From Armatimonadota bacterium (GTDB lineage: Bacteria; Armatimonadota; Armatimonadia; Armatimonadales; Armatimonadaceae), in assembly GCA_043754515.1 (NCBI GenBank), contig JAYUUO010000147.1, positions 1-11,872 of the forward strand: a DNA stretch of 11,872 nt, given 5' to 3'. Below the pieces are notes generated by a model. The model was not told the DNA's origin. It worked only from the letters and a program-made list of their open reading frames with translations, and ran no database searches. A program made the position numbers and the translations under genes. Positions 1-7,151 of the stretch are shown here, piece after piece. Every line of letters begins with the position of its first letter. Within the stretch, counting starts at the first letter, position 1.

Positions 1-148
1 TGGCGCGGTCGGTGCATGCCGTGACGCCGCGCGGTTTCGAGTTGAAAGTCTTCGTAACCGTGCTTACTTACACTATACTACGGTAGCAACTCGGGTTAAC
101 TTAATTATTTCTGCAACGAAATCCATACTGCCACTCCTCACCGATGTC

Positions 149-403
149 ATGTCTTTATGGTACGCTCATGACTGCCATGCTGCCCGCGAGGAACTAAACG
201 AATCAGCCGCTTTTGCCGCTCGCTACGCGGGCCATGGAGAGGCACGGAAGACGCGGGATCAGGCACAAGAACTGTACGGTACGGAAGACGCGGAGGGTAT
301 CGTCGCGGCGAAATCCTACTCCTCTCGATTCCTCGGAGCCAGCCTCGATGTTGATCACGAACTTATCTGGCACGAGGGGCTGAAGGTCGCGCTCGGGATA
401 TAG
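149..403 (+). CDS. Hypothetical protein, 84 aa
   Basis: ATG-TAG ORF filling the gap between an AT-rich stretch (60-130) and the convergent iscX stop; no recognisable motif or RBS. Confidence 0.4.
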   Translation: MSLWYAHDCHAAREELNESAAFAARYAGHGEARKTRDQAQELYGTEDAEGIVAAKSYSSRFLGASLDVDHELIWHEGLKVALGI

Positions 404-440
404 AGGCGCGACCGGCCCCCCGAACCCTGCTCCGCGACGC

Positions 441-656
441 CTACTTGTGCTGGTCTTTATACTCGTCCAGCCACGCCATCTGGATGCGCTCCAGTTTGCC
501 CTCGTTCGACTCGGAGACGTTCCCGGCGAACTCCGGCACTTGCTGGATCATGGCGAGCAGCTCGGTGAAGCGCACGGAAAGCGGGTCGAGGTCGGGGTGT
601 TTCTCGGAAAGGGCGATAGCGATGTCCTCGACATCATCCCACATAATTTTCGGCAT
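441..656 (-). CDS. iscX: Fe-S cluster assembly protein IscX (YfhJ), 71 aa; also in-frame with the upstream thioredoxin
   Basis: MWDDVEDIAIALSEKHPDLDPLSVRFTELLAMI...SNEGKLERIQMAWLDE matches the IscX pattern (W.D...IA..L...PD.DP..VRFT.L...SNE..LE.I..AW..E). GAAGGA (671-666) lies 9 nt before ATG 656. Confidence 0.9.
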   Translation of the reverse strand: MPKIMWDDVEDIAIALSEKHPDLDPLSVRFTELLAMIQQVPEFAGNVSESNEGKLERIQMAWLDEYKDQHK

Positions 657-992
657 AATAATAGTTCCTTCAGGTGTTACATATTCGGCGACGGCGTCGG
701 TCAATATCCGGCGGTCGGTGAATCCGCTAAAGCGCGTCACCTCCGCGCCGCCTACGAAAAGCAGGATCGCCGGTACGGAGTGTACCGCGAAACGACCGGC
801 GGCGGGTAGTTCCTGATCCACGTCCAGGGTGAAGACGCGCAACCGCCCGGCGAATGCACGTTGGGCGGCTTGTAGTTCGGGGGCGACGCGGCGACACGGC
901 CCGCACCGCGCCGCCCAGAACTCGACCAGCACCGGGACGGGCGACGCGAGCACGTCCTCGTCGAACGAGTCGGCGTTGATCGCCTCCGGCAT
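657..992 (-). CDS. Thioredoxin (TrxA-like) domain; no stop codon before iscX
   Basis: SFDEDVLASPVPVLVEFWAARCGPCRRVAPEL with the SVP cis-Pro motif. ATG 992 gives a normal ~110 aa thioredoxin and is preferred over TTG 1055. Confidence 0.88.
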
Positions 993-997
993 CCCCG

Positions 998-1030
998 GTA
1001 GGTGCGGGATGAACCCGAGTTCGTCCCGCC
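998..1030 (+). repeat. GTAG-tagged REP-like intergenic palindrome
   Basis: GTAG-GT-GCGGGATGAAC-ccga-GTTCGTCCCGC: 11-bp stem with one G.T pair, preceded by GTAG, between two genes. Confidence 0.55.
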
Positions 1031-1044
1031 ATTGATCCGCCCCA

Positions 1045-2100
1045 CTAGTAGGCAACTAGGTCACCTATTTCCCGTGCCACCTGATGAAGCATCGGCGACG
1101 GGACACCCTGGAGATTCGTCAGCAGTGCCACGGTTTTCCCGGAGTCGGGGCGAAGCAGGCGCATCGTGGACGCGCCGTGGTGCTTCCCGCCGTGCGCCGC
1201 CTCTCGCTCGTTGTCACGGCTCCACAAGAACCAGCCGAGGCCGAAGCGCGTGTCCTGCCCCGTTTTGGTTCGCTGACGGGTGAAAACTTGCCCCAGAGAT
1301 TCCTCATTCAAGAGAAGGCCGGATTGTAGTGCCGCGCCGAACCGCGCCACCACCTCCGCCGTCGCGCAAAACCCGCCTCCGGGCAAGTGATCGCTCAGGT
1401 CGGTATAGTCCGCGTTGCGCAGAACGCCCGCCTCGTCCCGGACGTAGCCGCGCGAACGGTGGGGGATGACCGCGCGTACGTCGTCGGCATAAACAGCGGT
1501 CATAGAGGCGGGCGCGAATATATGCTCGCGGAGGTAACCCAGGTAGCCCGTGCCGGACACCGACTCGATGACGCAACCGAGCAGGTTGTAGCCGTGGGTG
1601 GAGTAGCGAAACCGGGTGCCCGGTTCGTACAAGAGCGGATCGTTCCGGAACCGGTCCAGGAAGGCTACCTGCGGCGTGTCGCTCTCATAATGGATGAAGT
1701 TGTGCCCTTCGGCGTCGCTGAAGTCGCGTATGCCGGACAGGTGCGACAGGAGCAGACGCGCCGTTATCGGCGACTCCTTTTCGGGGAACTCGGGGACATA
1801 CCGCTGGACGGGGGCGTCGAGATCGAGACTGCCGCGTTCGACCAGTTGCATCACCGCCGTCGCCGTCATCGGCTTGGCGATGGAGGCGAGCCGGAACACC
1901 GTGTCCGCCGTCGCCGGAACGCCGTTCTCGACGTCCGCGAGGCCGAACCCTTCCGACCAGCACCCGAAGGCGGGCGCGGCAACGGCTACCGACAACCCCG
2001 GTATCCCGAAGCGATCCTTCGCCGATGTGACCGCCGCGCGGATTCCAGCAATCACGCCCTCGTCCGTCGCCCGAGCCCGTGAAGCCGCGTCAATGCGCAA
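1045..2100 (-). CDS. Serine hydrolase, beta-lactamase class C/AmpC-like family
   Basis: FRLASIAK (SxxK), LDLDAPVQRYVPEF, LLLSHLSGI, PGTRFRYSTHGY (catalytic Tyr), HGG. TTG start overlaps the rhodanese stop; no signal peptide. Confidence 0.92.
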   Translation of the reverse strand: MRIDAASRARATDEGVIAGIRAAVTSAKDRFGIPGLSVAVAAPAFGCWSEGFGLADVENGVPATADTVFRLASIAKPMTATAVMQLVERGSLDLDAPVQRYVPEFPEKESPITARLLLSHLSGIRDFSDAEGHNFIHYESDTPQVAFLDRFRNDPLLYEPGTRFRYSTHGYNLLGCVIESVSGTGYLGYLREHIFAPASMTAVYADDVRAVIPHRSRGYVRDEAGVLRNADYTDLSDHLPGGGFCATAEVVARFGAALQSGLLLNEESLGQVFTRQRTKTGQDTRFGLGWFLWSRDNEREAAHGGKHHGASTMRLLRPDSGKTVALLTNLQGVPSPMLHQVAREIGDLVAY

Positions 2101-2482
2101 TCGGTTCGCCTTCGGTCGTCTCGTCTCGTCCCTCGGCGTTCCACTGGCGGTAGCCGCCCGTCATGCTATGAACGTTCGTGTAGCCCATCTGCCGCAGGGA
2201 GTCGGCCGCCAGCGCGGAGCGGTTCCCGCCCCGGCAGTAGAGCACGATCTCGCGGTCGGTGTCGGGAACCTCGTCCGCGATGTGGTACTCGAGCACGCCG
2301 CGCCCGATCCCCCGCGCGCCGGGCAGATGACCCGCGTGGAACTCGTCCTGCTCGCGCACGTCTACGAGCACCCCGTTCCAGCTCGGGTTGCTGATGCGCT
2401 CCGCGACCTCGCCGGTCGTCGTTTCGGGGATGCGCGTTTTGGCCTCGTCGCTCAGTTGTTGAAATGTCTTCGTGATCGGCAT
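2090..2482 (-). CDS. Single-domain rhodanese (sulfurtransferase), 130 aa
   Basis: LVDVREQDEFHAGHLPGA, active loop YCRGGNRS, GYTNVHSMTGGYRQW. Likely start ATG 2482; the longer ORF extension overlaps the divergent gene. Confidence 0.92.
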   Translation of the reverse strand: MPITKTFQQLSDEAKTRIPETTTGEVAERISNPSWNGVLVDVREQDEFHAGHLPGARGIGRGVLEYHIADEVPDTDREIVLYCRGGNRSALAADSLRQMGYTNVHSMTGGYRQWNAEGRDETTEGEPIAH

Positions 2483-2519
2483 GCCCCGATTGTACCCCCG
2501 ATGCGGGTAGAACGACCGC
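2483..2519. promoter_or_regulatory. 37-bp divergent promoter region, probably leaderless on both sides
   Basis: Minus strand TACAAT (2494-2489) 6 nt before ATG 2482; plus strand TAGAAC (2508-2513) 6 nt before ATG 2520; no clear SD on either side. Confidence 0.55.
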
Positions 2520-3275
2520 ATGAAATGCATCCCACTCCTGTGTCTCGCCCTCGGATGGCTGACATCCCTCGCGCTGACCGCGCCGCGTGCGCACGCCGCC
2601 GACCCGGTGTATGTTGCATCCGCTACCGCTGACATAAACGGTGACGGCGAGCCGGACGCCGTCTCGGTGTCCGCCGCGCTGGAGAGTACATCTTTCACTC
2701 TGATAATCAACGGCAAACGGCTGTCGGTGCCGCATGACGGCTTCTTCGACGGCATGGCCGGGTTCCGCGTTCTCAGCGTCAACAAAGGGGCGAAGCGTAA
2801 GTACATCGCCGTGCTCCTCGTCGCGCCGAACGACATACACGAGACACGCCTGTTCTACTACGACGGCGCGGCGGCGCGGCCAGCCGGGATCATCGGCGGC
2901 GAGGTGGAGGCGCCGGGCAACGGCGCGATATACACCACGTGGTGGACCGGCATGTGGACCTGCCACGCCAAATACGCCGCTGGCGCGAATGGGGTCTTCC
3001 GTTTCGTGCCGCAAGCCGCGTATTATGTCGGAGTGACCGGAACGGCGAAGCGGTCGTTCCCGATCCGTGTGTCGGCGACGCCTGGCGGGGCGGTGGTTGC
3101 GAACGTCGCGCCGGACAGCAAGATCAGCCTCCTCCTGTACATGACGTACGATAAAGGCGAGCCAGGGAACGCGGAGAACGGCTACTATCTGATCAAGACG
3201 CAGACCGGATTATGCGGCTGGGCAGACTATAAGCAGTTTAAGGACAAGGTCGCGGACCTTCCGTTCGCGGGGTAA
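2520..3275 (+). CDS. Secreted protein with DxNGDG (FG-GAP-like) motif and C-terminal SH3b-like domain
   Basis: Signal peptide ending AHA-AD; ADINGDGEPD; C-terminal IRVSATPGGAVVANV...GYYLIKTQTGLCGWA resembles bacterial SH3. Confidence 0.7.
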   Translation: MKCIPLLCLALGWLTSLALTAPRAHAADPVYVASATADINGDGEPDAVSVSAALESTSFTLIINGKRLSVPHDGFFDGMAGFRVLSVNKGAKRKYIAVLLVAPNDIHETRLFYYDGAAARPAGIIGGEVEAPGNGAIYTTWWTGMWTCHAKYAAGANGVFRFVPQAAYYVGVTGTAKRSFPIRVSATPGGAVVANVAPDSKISLLLYMTYDKGEPGNAENGYYLIKTQTGLCGWADYKQFKDKVADLPFAG

Positions 3276-3288
3276 TCGGGTGCCAACT

Positions 3289-3966
3289 CTACACGGGCGG
3301 CGTCGCGTCCCGCGCGAGCGCGGCGCGGTCGAGGAGCGTCACCACGCGCCCCCGCGCCGCGATATGTCCGAGGTCGCAAAACTGGTGCAGGGTTCGGGAG
3401 ACCACCTCGCGCACCGTGCCGAGATGGGCGGCGATCCCGGTATTCGACTCGGGGAGCGTGAACGACTCCGAGTCGCCCGCCGCCGCGAGCAGGTACGTGG
3501 CAAACCGGGCGCGCACGGTGTGCAGTGCTTGCGCCTTGAGCATCTCGATCAGGCGGCGGTTCTGCACGGCGAGGAACCGGATCACGCCGCCCGCGATTTC
3601 TGGATGCGCCGCGAGGAGGGCGGAAAAGGCGTCGCGCCCGATTGTGAACAGCGCGACTCCCTCGCCGACCGCCGCCGCGTCATAAGGACAGTTTCCGCCG
3701 TCGAAGGTCGCGGGGGCACCGATCACATCGCCGGGGCGCGTGAGTCCGAGCGTGAGTTCGCGCCCCCTCTGATCCCACTTCGACAGTTTCACCGCGCCCG
3801 AGACCACGATGTGAAGCGCGGGTGCCGTGTCGCCCTCGCGGAAGAGCGTTGCGTCCGCTTCCAGACGCCGGATGCTTCCGGCGCGGGTGAAGGCGGCGAG
3901 CGTACCCGCGTCCGCGTCCCGTAGAAACAGGACGCGTCGGAGTACGGTTTCCAGGTTGTTTCGCAC
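3289..3966 (-). CDS. Crp/Fnr family transcriptional regulator
   Basis: cNMP-fold LFREGD...LHIVVSGAVKL...GRELTL...PGDVIG and HTH IAAHLGTVREVVSRTL. Start GTG 3966 (alternative 3981), preceded by TGaTACCGT. Confidence 0.92.
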   Translation of the reverse strand: MRNNLETVLRRVLFLRDADAGTLAAFTRAGSIRRLEADATLFREGDTAPALHIVVSGAVKLSKWDQRGRELTLGLTRPGDVIGAPATFDGGNCPYDAAAVGEGVALFTIGRDAFSALLAAHPEIAGGVIRFLAVQNRRLIEMLKAQALHTVRARFATYLLAAAGDSESFTLPESNTGIAAHLGTVREVVSRTLHQFCDLGHIAARGRVVTLLDRAALARDATPPV

Positions 3967-3998
3967 GACGCACGGTATCACGGATTTTTCGCGCCGGG

Positions 3999-4014
3999 CG
4001 TGACATAAGTCATC
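3999..4014. promoter_or_regulatory. CRP-family operator cGTGA-N6-TCATc
   Basis: GTGA cataag TCAT at 4000-4013 versus consensus TGTGA-N6-TCACA; lies between the crp/fnr gene and the ferredoxin, with a candidate -10 TACGCT at 4037-4042. Confidence 0.65.
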
Positions 4015-4063
4015 GCGGCGGTGGGTCCGCGCCGGATACGCTCTCCCCGGAAGAACAATACCG

Positions 4064-4324
4064 ATGACCTATGTGATTACCGAACCGTGCGCGACGTGTA
4101 AGGACGCGTCCTGTGTCGCAGTCTGCCCGTGCGACGCGATCCATTCAGGCGTTGTGGAGCAACAGGGGCGACGCTACGATCAGTTTTTTATCAACCCGGA
4201 TGAGTGCATCCACTGCGGCCTGTGCGAGCCGGAGTGCCCGGTGAACGCGATCTATTCGGAGGACGAGGTTCCGGAGAGGTGGAAACATTTCGCCGGGATC
4301 AACGTCGCCTTCTTCCGCCGGTGA
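4064..4324 (+). CDS. Dicluster ferredoxin (FdxA / 7Fe-type)
   Basis: MTYVITEPCATCKDASCVAVCPCDAI...INPDECIHCGLCEPECPVNAIYSEDEVPERWKHF: C-x2-C-x4-C-x3-CP plus CxxCxxCxxxCP. Confidence 0.95.
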   Translation: MTYVITEPCATCKDASCVAVCPCDAIHSGVVEQQGRRYDQFFINPDECIHCGLCEPECPVNAIYSEDEVPERWKHFAGINVAFFRR

Positions 4325-4407
4325 TAATTTACTACCGGTGCCGTAACGGGATGCCGCATCCACGCGTTCAGAGTGTGCGCGACGAAAGGCGCGTGAAGGA
4401 GTACCCG

Positions 4408-4659
4408 ATGAGAAAGTTGTTCCTGATAATCGTCTCCGTTCTGTCCGCCGTGATCCTGCTTGGGGTGGGAATGCCACTCATCAGCGTCGCGGGCGGAGCG
4501 GGTTCCTTTGGCGCACAGTGCTTTGCACCGCGCTACGGCATTCACGCGACCGACAGCAAGACAGGCAAAAGCGTGGGCAACGTCCACGTTCCGGCACGGA
4601 CGGCGGGCCGGAGCGTGGACGTTGCCGCCAGGTCGCGCCCCGCCGAAACACAAGCCTAA
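4408..4659 (+). CDS. Small exported/membrane-anchored hypothetical protein, 83 aa
   Basis: AAGGAG (4396-4401) before ATG 4408; MRK followed by a long hydrophobic stretch; stop overlaps the convergent gene's stop. Confidence 0.6.
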   Translation: MRKLFLIIVSVLSAVILLGVGMPLISVAGGAGSFGAQCFAPRYGIHATDSKTGKSVGNVHVPARTAGRSVDVAARSRPAETQA

Positions 4660-5558
4660 GCGACCTTCGCGGCGCGAACCGAGCCATCCGGCGCGAAATG
4701 CGTCAGGACGCCGGGCGCGAGCGGTTCCCAGCCGGACTTCGTGTCGGTCGGCTCGGACGCGATTGCCCAGCCGCTCGCGCCGTCGTCGGATTCCGGAGTG
4801 AGAGGCCGCGAAGAAAGTGTGTAGTAGTCAGGACTGTGCGAGAACTGCCGCAGGGCGTACAGGCCGGACGGGTGCGCGAGCAGGAGGTTGACCCCCGTAT
4901 ACATCCGCGTGATGTCGCCGCCCACGACCCCTTCGGCGACAAACCGGGCCGTCTCGAACAGCTCGCGCAGGGCGTTTGTCAACACCGCGAACGTGTCATG
5001 ACCGTCACGCCCGCTGGCGAGCCGATGTGCGAGGTAACCCGACAGGAGAACAGTGTCGCTGTCCGCGCCGCCCTCTTCGCGCCCCGCGTCCAACACCTGT
5101 TGCCGCAACACGTCAATGAGGGGCTGTTTGAGCGTGCCGTTGTGCGCGACGAGCAGCGTTTCGTACGGCCTCCCAGACATCTGACTTCCCACGCCGGGCA
5201 GGTAGTCGGCGCGGATCGGGTGCGCGTTCTCGGACGATACGCCGCCGACGCTCGCTTTGCGCAGGTGCCCGATAATGATCTTGCCGACGCCGCTGACCGC
5301 CCCGCCGCGCGACGCGGTTTCGGCGGCGAACACGAAGTAGGCCGAATCCGCCGCCGAGCCGGTGTTGCGCACGAGCGAGACGTCGTCCCGGTCGTCGAAC
5401 CAGCCGATGCCCCACGAGTCGCCGTGTCCCGGCTCGGTCCCTTCCGGTACGCAACCCGTTTCGGCCTGCTTGCGGAGCGAGTTCGGCGAGCCGACCAGGT
5501 GATACCAGGACGGCAGAACGGTTTCGGTGGCGCGGATCATTCCCAACAGACGGCACAT
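4656..5558 (-). CDS. Class II glutamine amidotransferase-like Ntn hydrolase (YafJ/EgtC family), 300 aa
   Basis: Begins MCRLLG (Cys2 nucleophile), HGDSWGIGW, GHLRKAS, ENAHP, AHNG, DSD, IASEP. Likely start ATG 5558. Confidence 0.9.
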   Translation of the reverse strand: MCRLLGMIRATETVLPSWYHLVGSPNSLRKQAETGCVPEGTEPGHGDSWGIGWFDDRDDVSLVRNTGSAADSAYFVFAAETASRGGAVSGVGKIIIGHLRKASVGGVSSENAHPIRADYLPGVGSQMSGRPYETLLVAHNGTLKQPLIDVLRQQVLDAGREEGGADSDTVLLSGYLAHRLASGRDGHDTFAVLTNALRELFETARFVAEGVVGGDITRMYTGVNLLLAHPSGLYALRQFSHSPDYYTLSSRPLTPESDDGASGWAIASEPTDTKSGWEPLAPGVLTHFAPDGSVRAAKVA

Positions 5559-5598
5559 ATAAATTAAGACTCTTTCTAGCGGCGCGGTACAATCCCCT

Positions 5599-5982
5599 AT
5601 GGCATCGTTCGCGCTGGCCGTGCTCGCGGCACTCTGTTTTACCACCGGCGGCGTTTTTATGAAAGAGGCCGACGCCATGACGCGCCTTCTGCCGACGCTC
5701 GCTGTGTTCGCGCTGTTTCTGGTCGGGGCCACGCTGAACATCCTGCTCATGAGGCGGTCCGACCTGGGCGTCGCGTACGTGTTCGTGCTCGGGCTCGAAG
5801 CCGTGTTCGCGTTCCTGCTCGGCGTCTGGCTCTTTAAGGAGCCAGTGCTGACGCCGCGCGTGATCGGCGTCGCCCTGATCGTCAGCGGGATAGTATTGCT
5901 CAAGAGCGGCGGGGACGGGAGCCGGCCGCCGACACCGAGCGCGGATGATCCCGTGCTGGCCGCGCGTCGCGTCGCGCCGTGA
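5599..5982 (+). CDS. SMR/DMT family small membrane transporter, atypical
   Basis: Four hydrophobic segments; ungapped match to EmrE landmarks G17, M21K22, T28R29L30, P32, G57, A59Y60, G65; ends IGVALIVSGIVLL. TACAAT 5 nt before ATG. Confidence 0.88.
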   Translation: MASFALAVLAALCFTTGGVFMKEADAMTRLLPTLAVFALFLVGATLNILLMRRSDLGVAYVFVLGLEAVFAFLLGVWLFKEPVLTPRVIGVALIVSGIVLLKSGGDGSRPPTPSADDPVLAARRVAP

Positions 5983-6025
5983 CGCGCGACAATTCGCCCT
6001 GCTCACTTTTTTCGCGGACATCAAA

Positions 6026-6031
6026 TATAAT
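6026..6031 (+). promoter_or_regulatory. Candidate sigma70 -10 element for the RHS gene
   Basis: Perfect TATAAT in the intergenic region ~70 nt before ATG 6100, which has GAAAGGTG upstream; no convincing -35. Confidence 0.45.
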
Positions 6032-6838
6032 CTCGCCACGTCGCTCGCGCCTGGAAGCAAACTACTCGCGCTCTACTGGATTGGTGAAAGGTGGTTCGGA
6101 TGAATGTCCGTGGTGCTTTATCGCGTGCTCACTCAAACAGCGCGTCCTCTTCGTTCAGACGGGCTTTGTTAGTCGGCGGAGTAGTCCTCACTACCCTCAT
6201 AATCGGCTCGACAGCCTACCGACATGCACATCAGCCGATAGCCTCTCCCCCGGCTGTTTTCGTGCCGCCCTCGACGCGAGTACCACTCCATACAACACCC
6301 CTGACGCTCACCGCGCCAAACCGGCATCAGTGACGGCAACGCTGTGGGACGAAGTTGGTGCGCTGAATCGCACCGTGTCCCGCTCCGAGAGTGATTCATG
6401 GCACGCCGAATTGCACCACGAAAGACTGTCTACCCGCCGCCAAGCGGTACTGCATCTGCGCTACGGCGAATACGAGATGGCGGCGCATGACGATCCCGAA
6501 CGCGCCGGGTGGCACTTCCGCCGTGCCCAACAATTGACCCGCCCCGATGACACGTTGCATGGCATGGCGACCTACAACTTAGCCGTCGCCCAATATTCCC
6601 AGTGCGCCTTCGCGGACGCGACGCGAACCTTCCGTGATCTGCTGAATCCGTCAAACCATATGCACGGTTTCGTCGCGAACCATGCCACGCTCTGGTACCG
6701 GCACGCCCTTGCCTGCGAAGGCTACCACGCCGCCCACGCCGCCCTCGGTATCCCTCAACCGTCGCGCCTCGACCTGACCTGCTCCCCGAAAAGTGTACCA
6801 CAAGGAAAGTGAGTCCCCGCCCGTGAAAGGGTAGGGAA

Positions 6839-7151
6839 ATGAAACAAGGTACATTTACAGACGAGCAAATCGTTGCTGTTTTGGCGGAAGCCGAAAAAGG
6901 CGACAAGACAATTACAGCGCTCTGCAAAGAGCGGGCCATCACAGAGCAGACGTTCTATCCGGTATTTCGCCGCGAAAACCTGTGCTGGCGGAACAAGTTC
7001 GCAGGTGTGCGAACGGGTCAGCGGGATGCAAACAAGAGACGTTCAGCGGCTTCGGGAGTTAGAAAAGGAAAACTCTCGCCTCAAGCGTCTGCTTGCCGAG
7101 CGCGATTTGGAGATCGACATCGCCAAAGAGTTCCTAGCAAAAAACTCGTAG
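6839..7151 (+). pseudogene. IS3 transposase OrfA, frameshifted by small insertions
   Basis: MKQGTFTDEQIVAVLAEAE...ITEQTFY|WRNKF|SGMQTRDVQRLRELEKENSRLKRLLAERDLEID (HTH plus leucine zipper), with 24-nt and 19-nt insertions. Confidence 0.9.
7139..7145 (+). other. -1 programmed ribosomal frameshift heptamer A AAA AAC joining OrfA to OrfB
   Basis: gcA AAA AAC tcg tag at the end of OrfA; the -1 frame continues KKLVGTPAKRQ...SERRAC, as expected for IS3. Confidence 0.75.

Noticed and set aside
1..130. AT-rich stretch with minus-strand TATAGT (77-72), a possible promoter or RNA leader pointing out of the window
   Set aside because: The downstream gene lies outside the window and no RNA family is recognisable.
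244..293. 13-bp direct repeat ACGGAAGACGCGG at 244 and 281 (37-nt period)
   Set aside because: Only two short copies, not palindromic and no cas genes, so not a CRISPR array; chance or a local duplication.
1045..2100. Calling the serine hydrolase an antibiotic-resistance beta-lactamase
   Set aside because: No signal peptide, and YST/HGG replace YxN/KTG; more consistent with an esterase or peptidase of the same fold.
1387..3014. Long alternative ORFs (1387-2082 +, 1694-2632 +, 2166-3014 -)
   Set aside because: Antisense or off-frame shadows of well-supported genes in GC-rich DNA; no motifs.
3280..6060. ORFs 3280-3924 +, 4518-5567 +, 5113-6060 -, and the N-terminal extension of 4656-5903
   Set aside because: They overlap the Crp, amidotransferase and SMR genes; the Ntn hydrolase needs Cys at position 2, fixing its start at 5558.
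5979..6240. Start of ORF 5979-6812 as a real N-terminus
   Set aside because: It crosses the TATAAT promoter region and reads as non-protein-like; ATG 6100 in another frame has an RBS and a hydrophobic segment.
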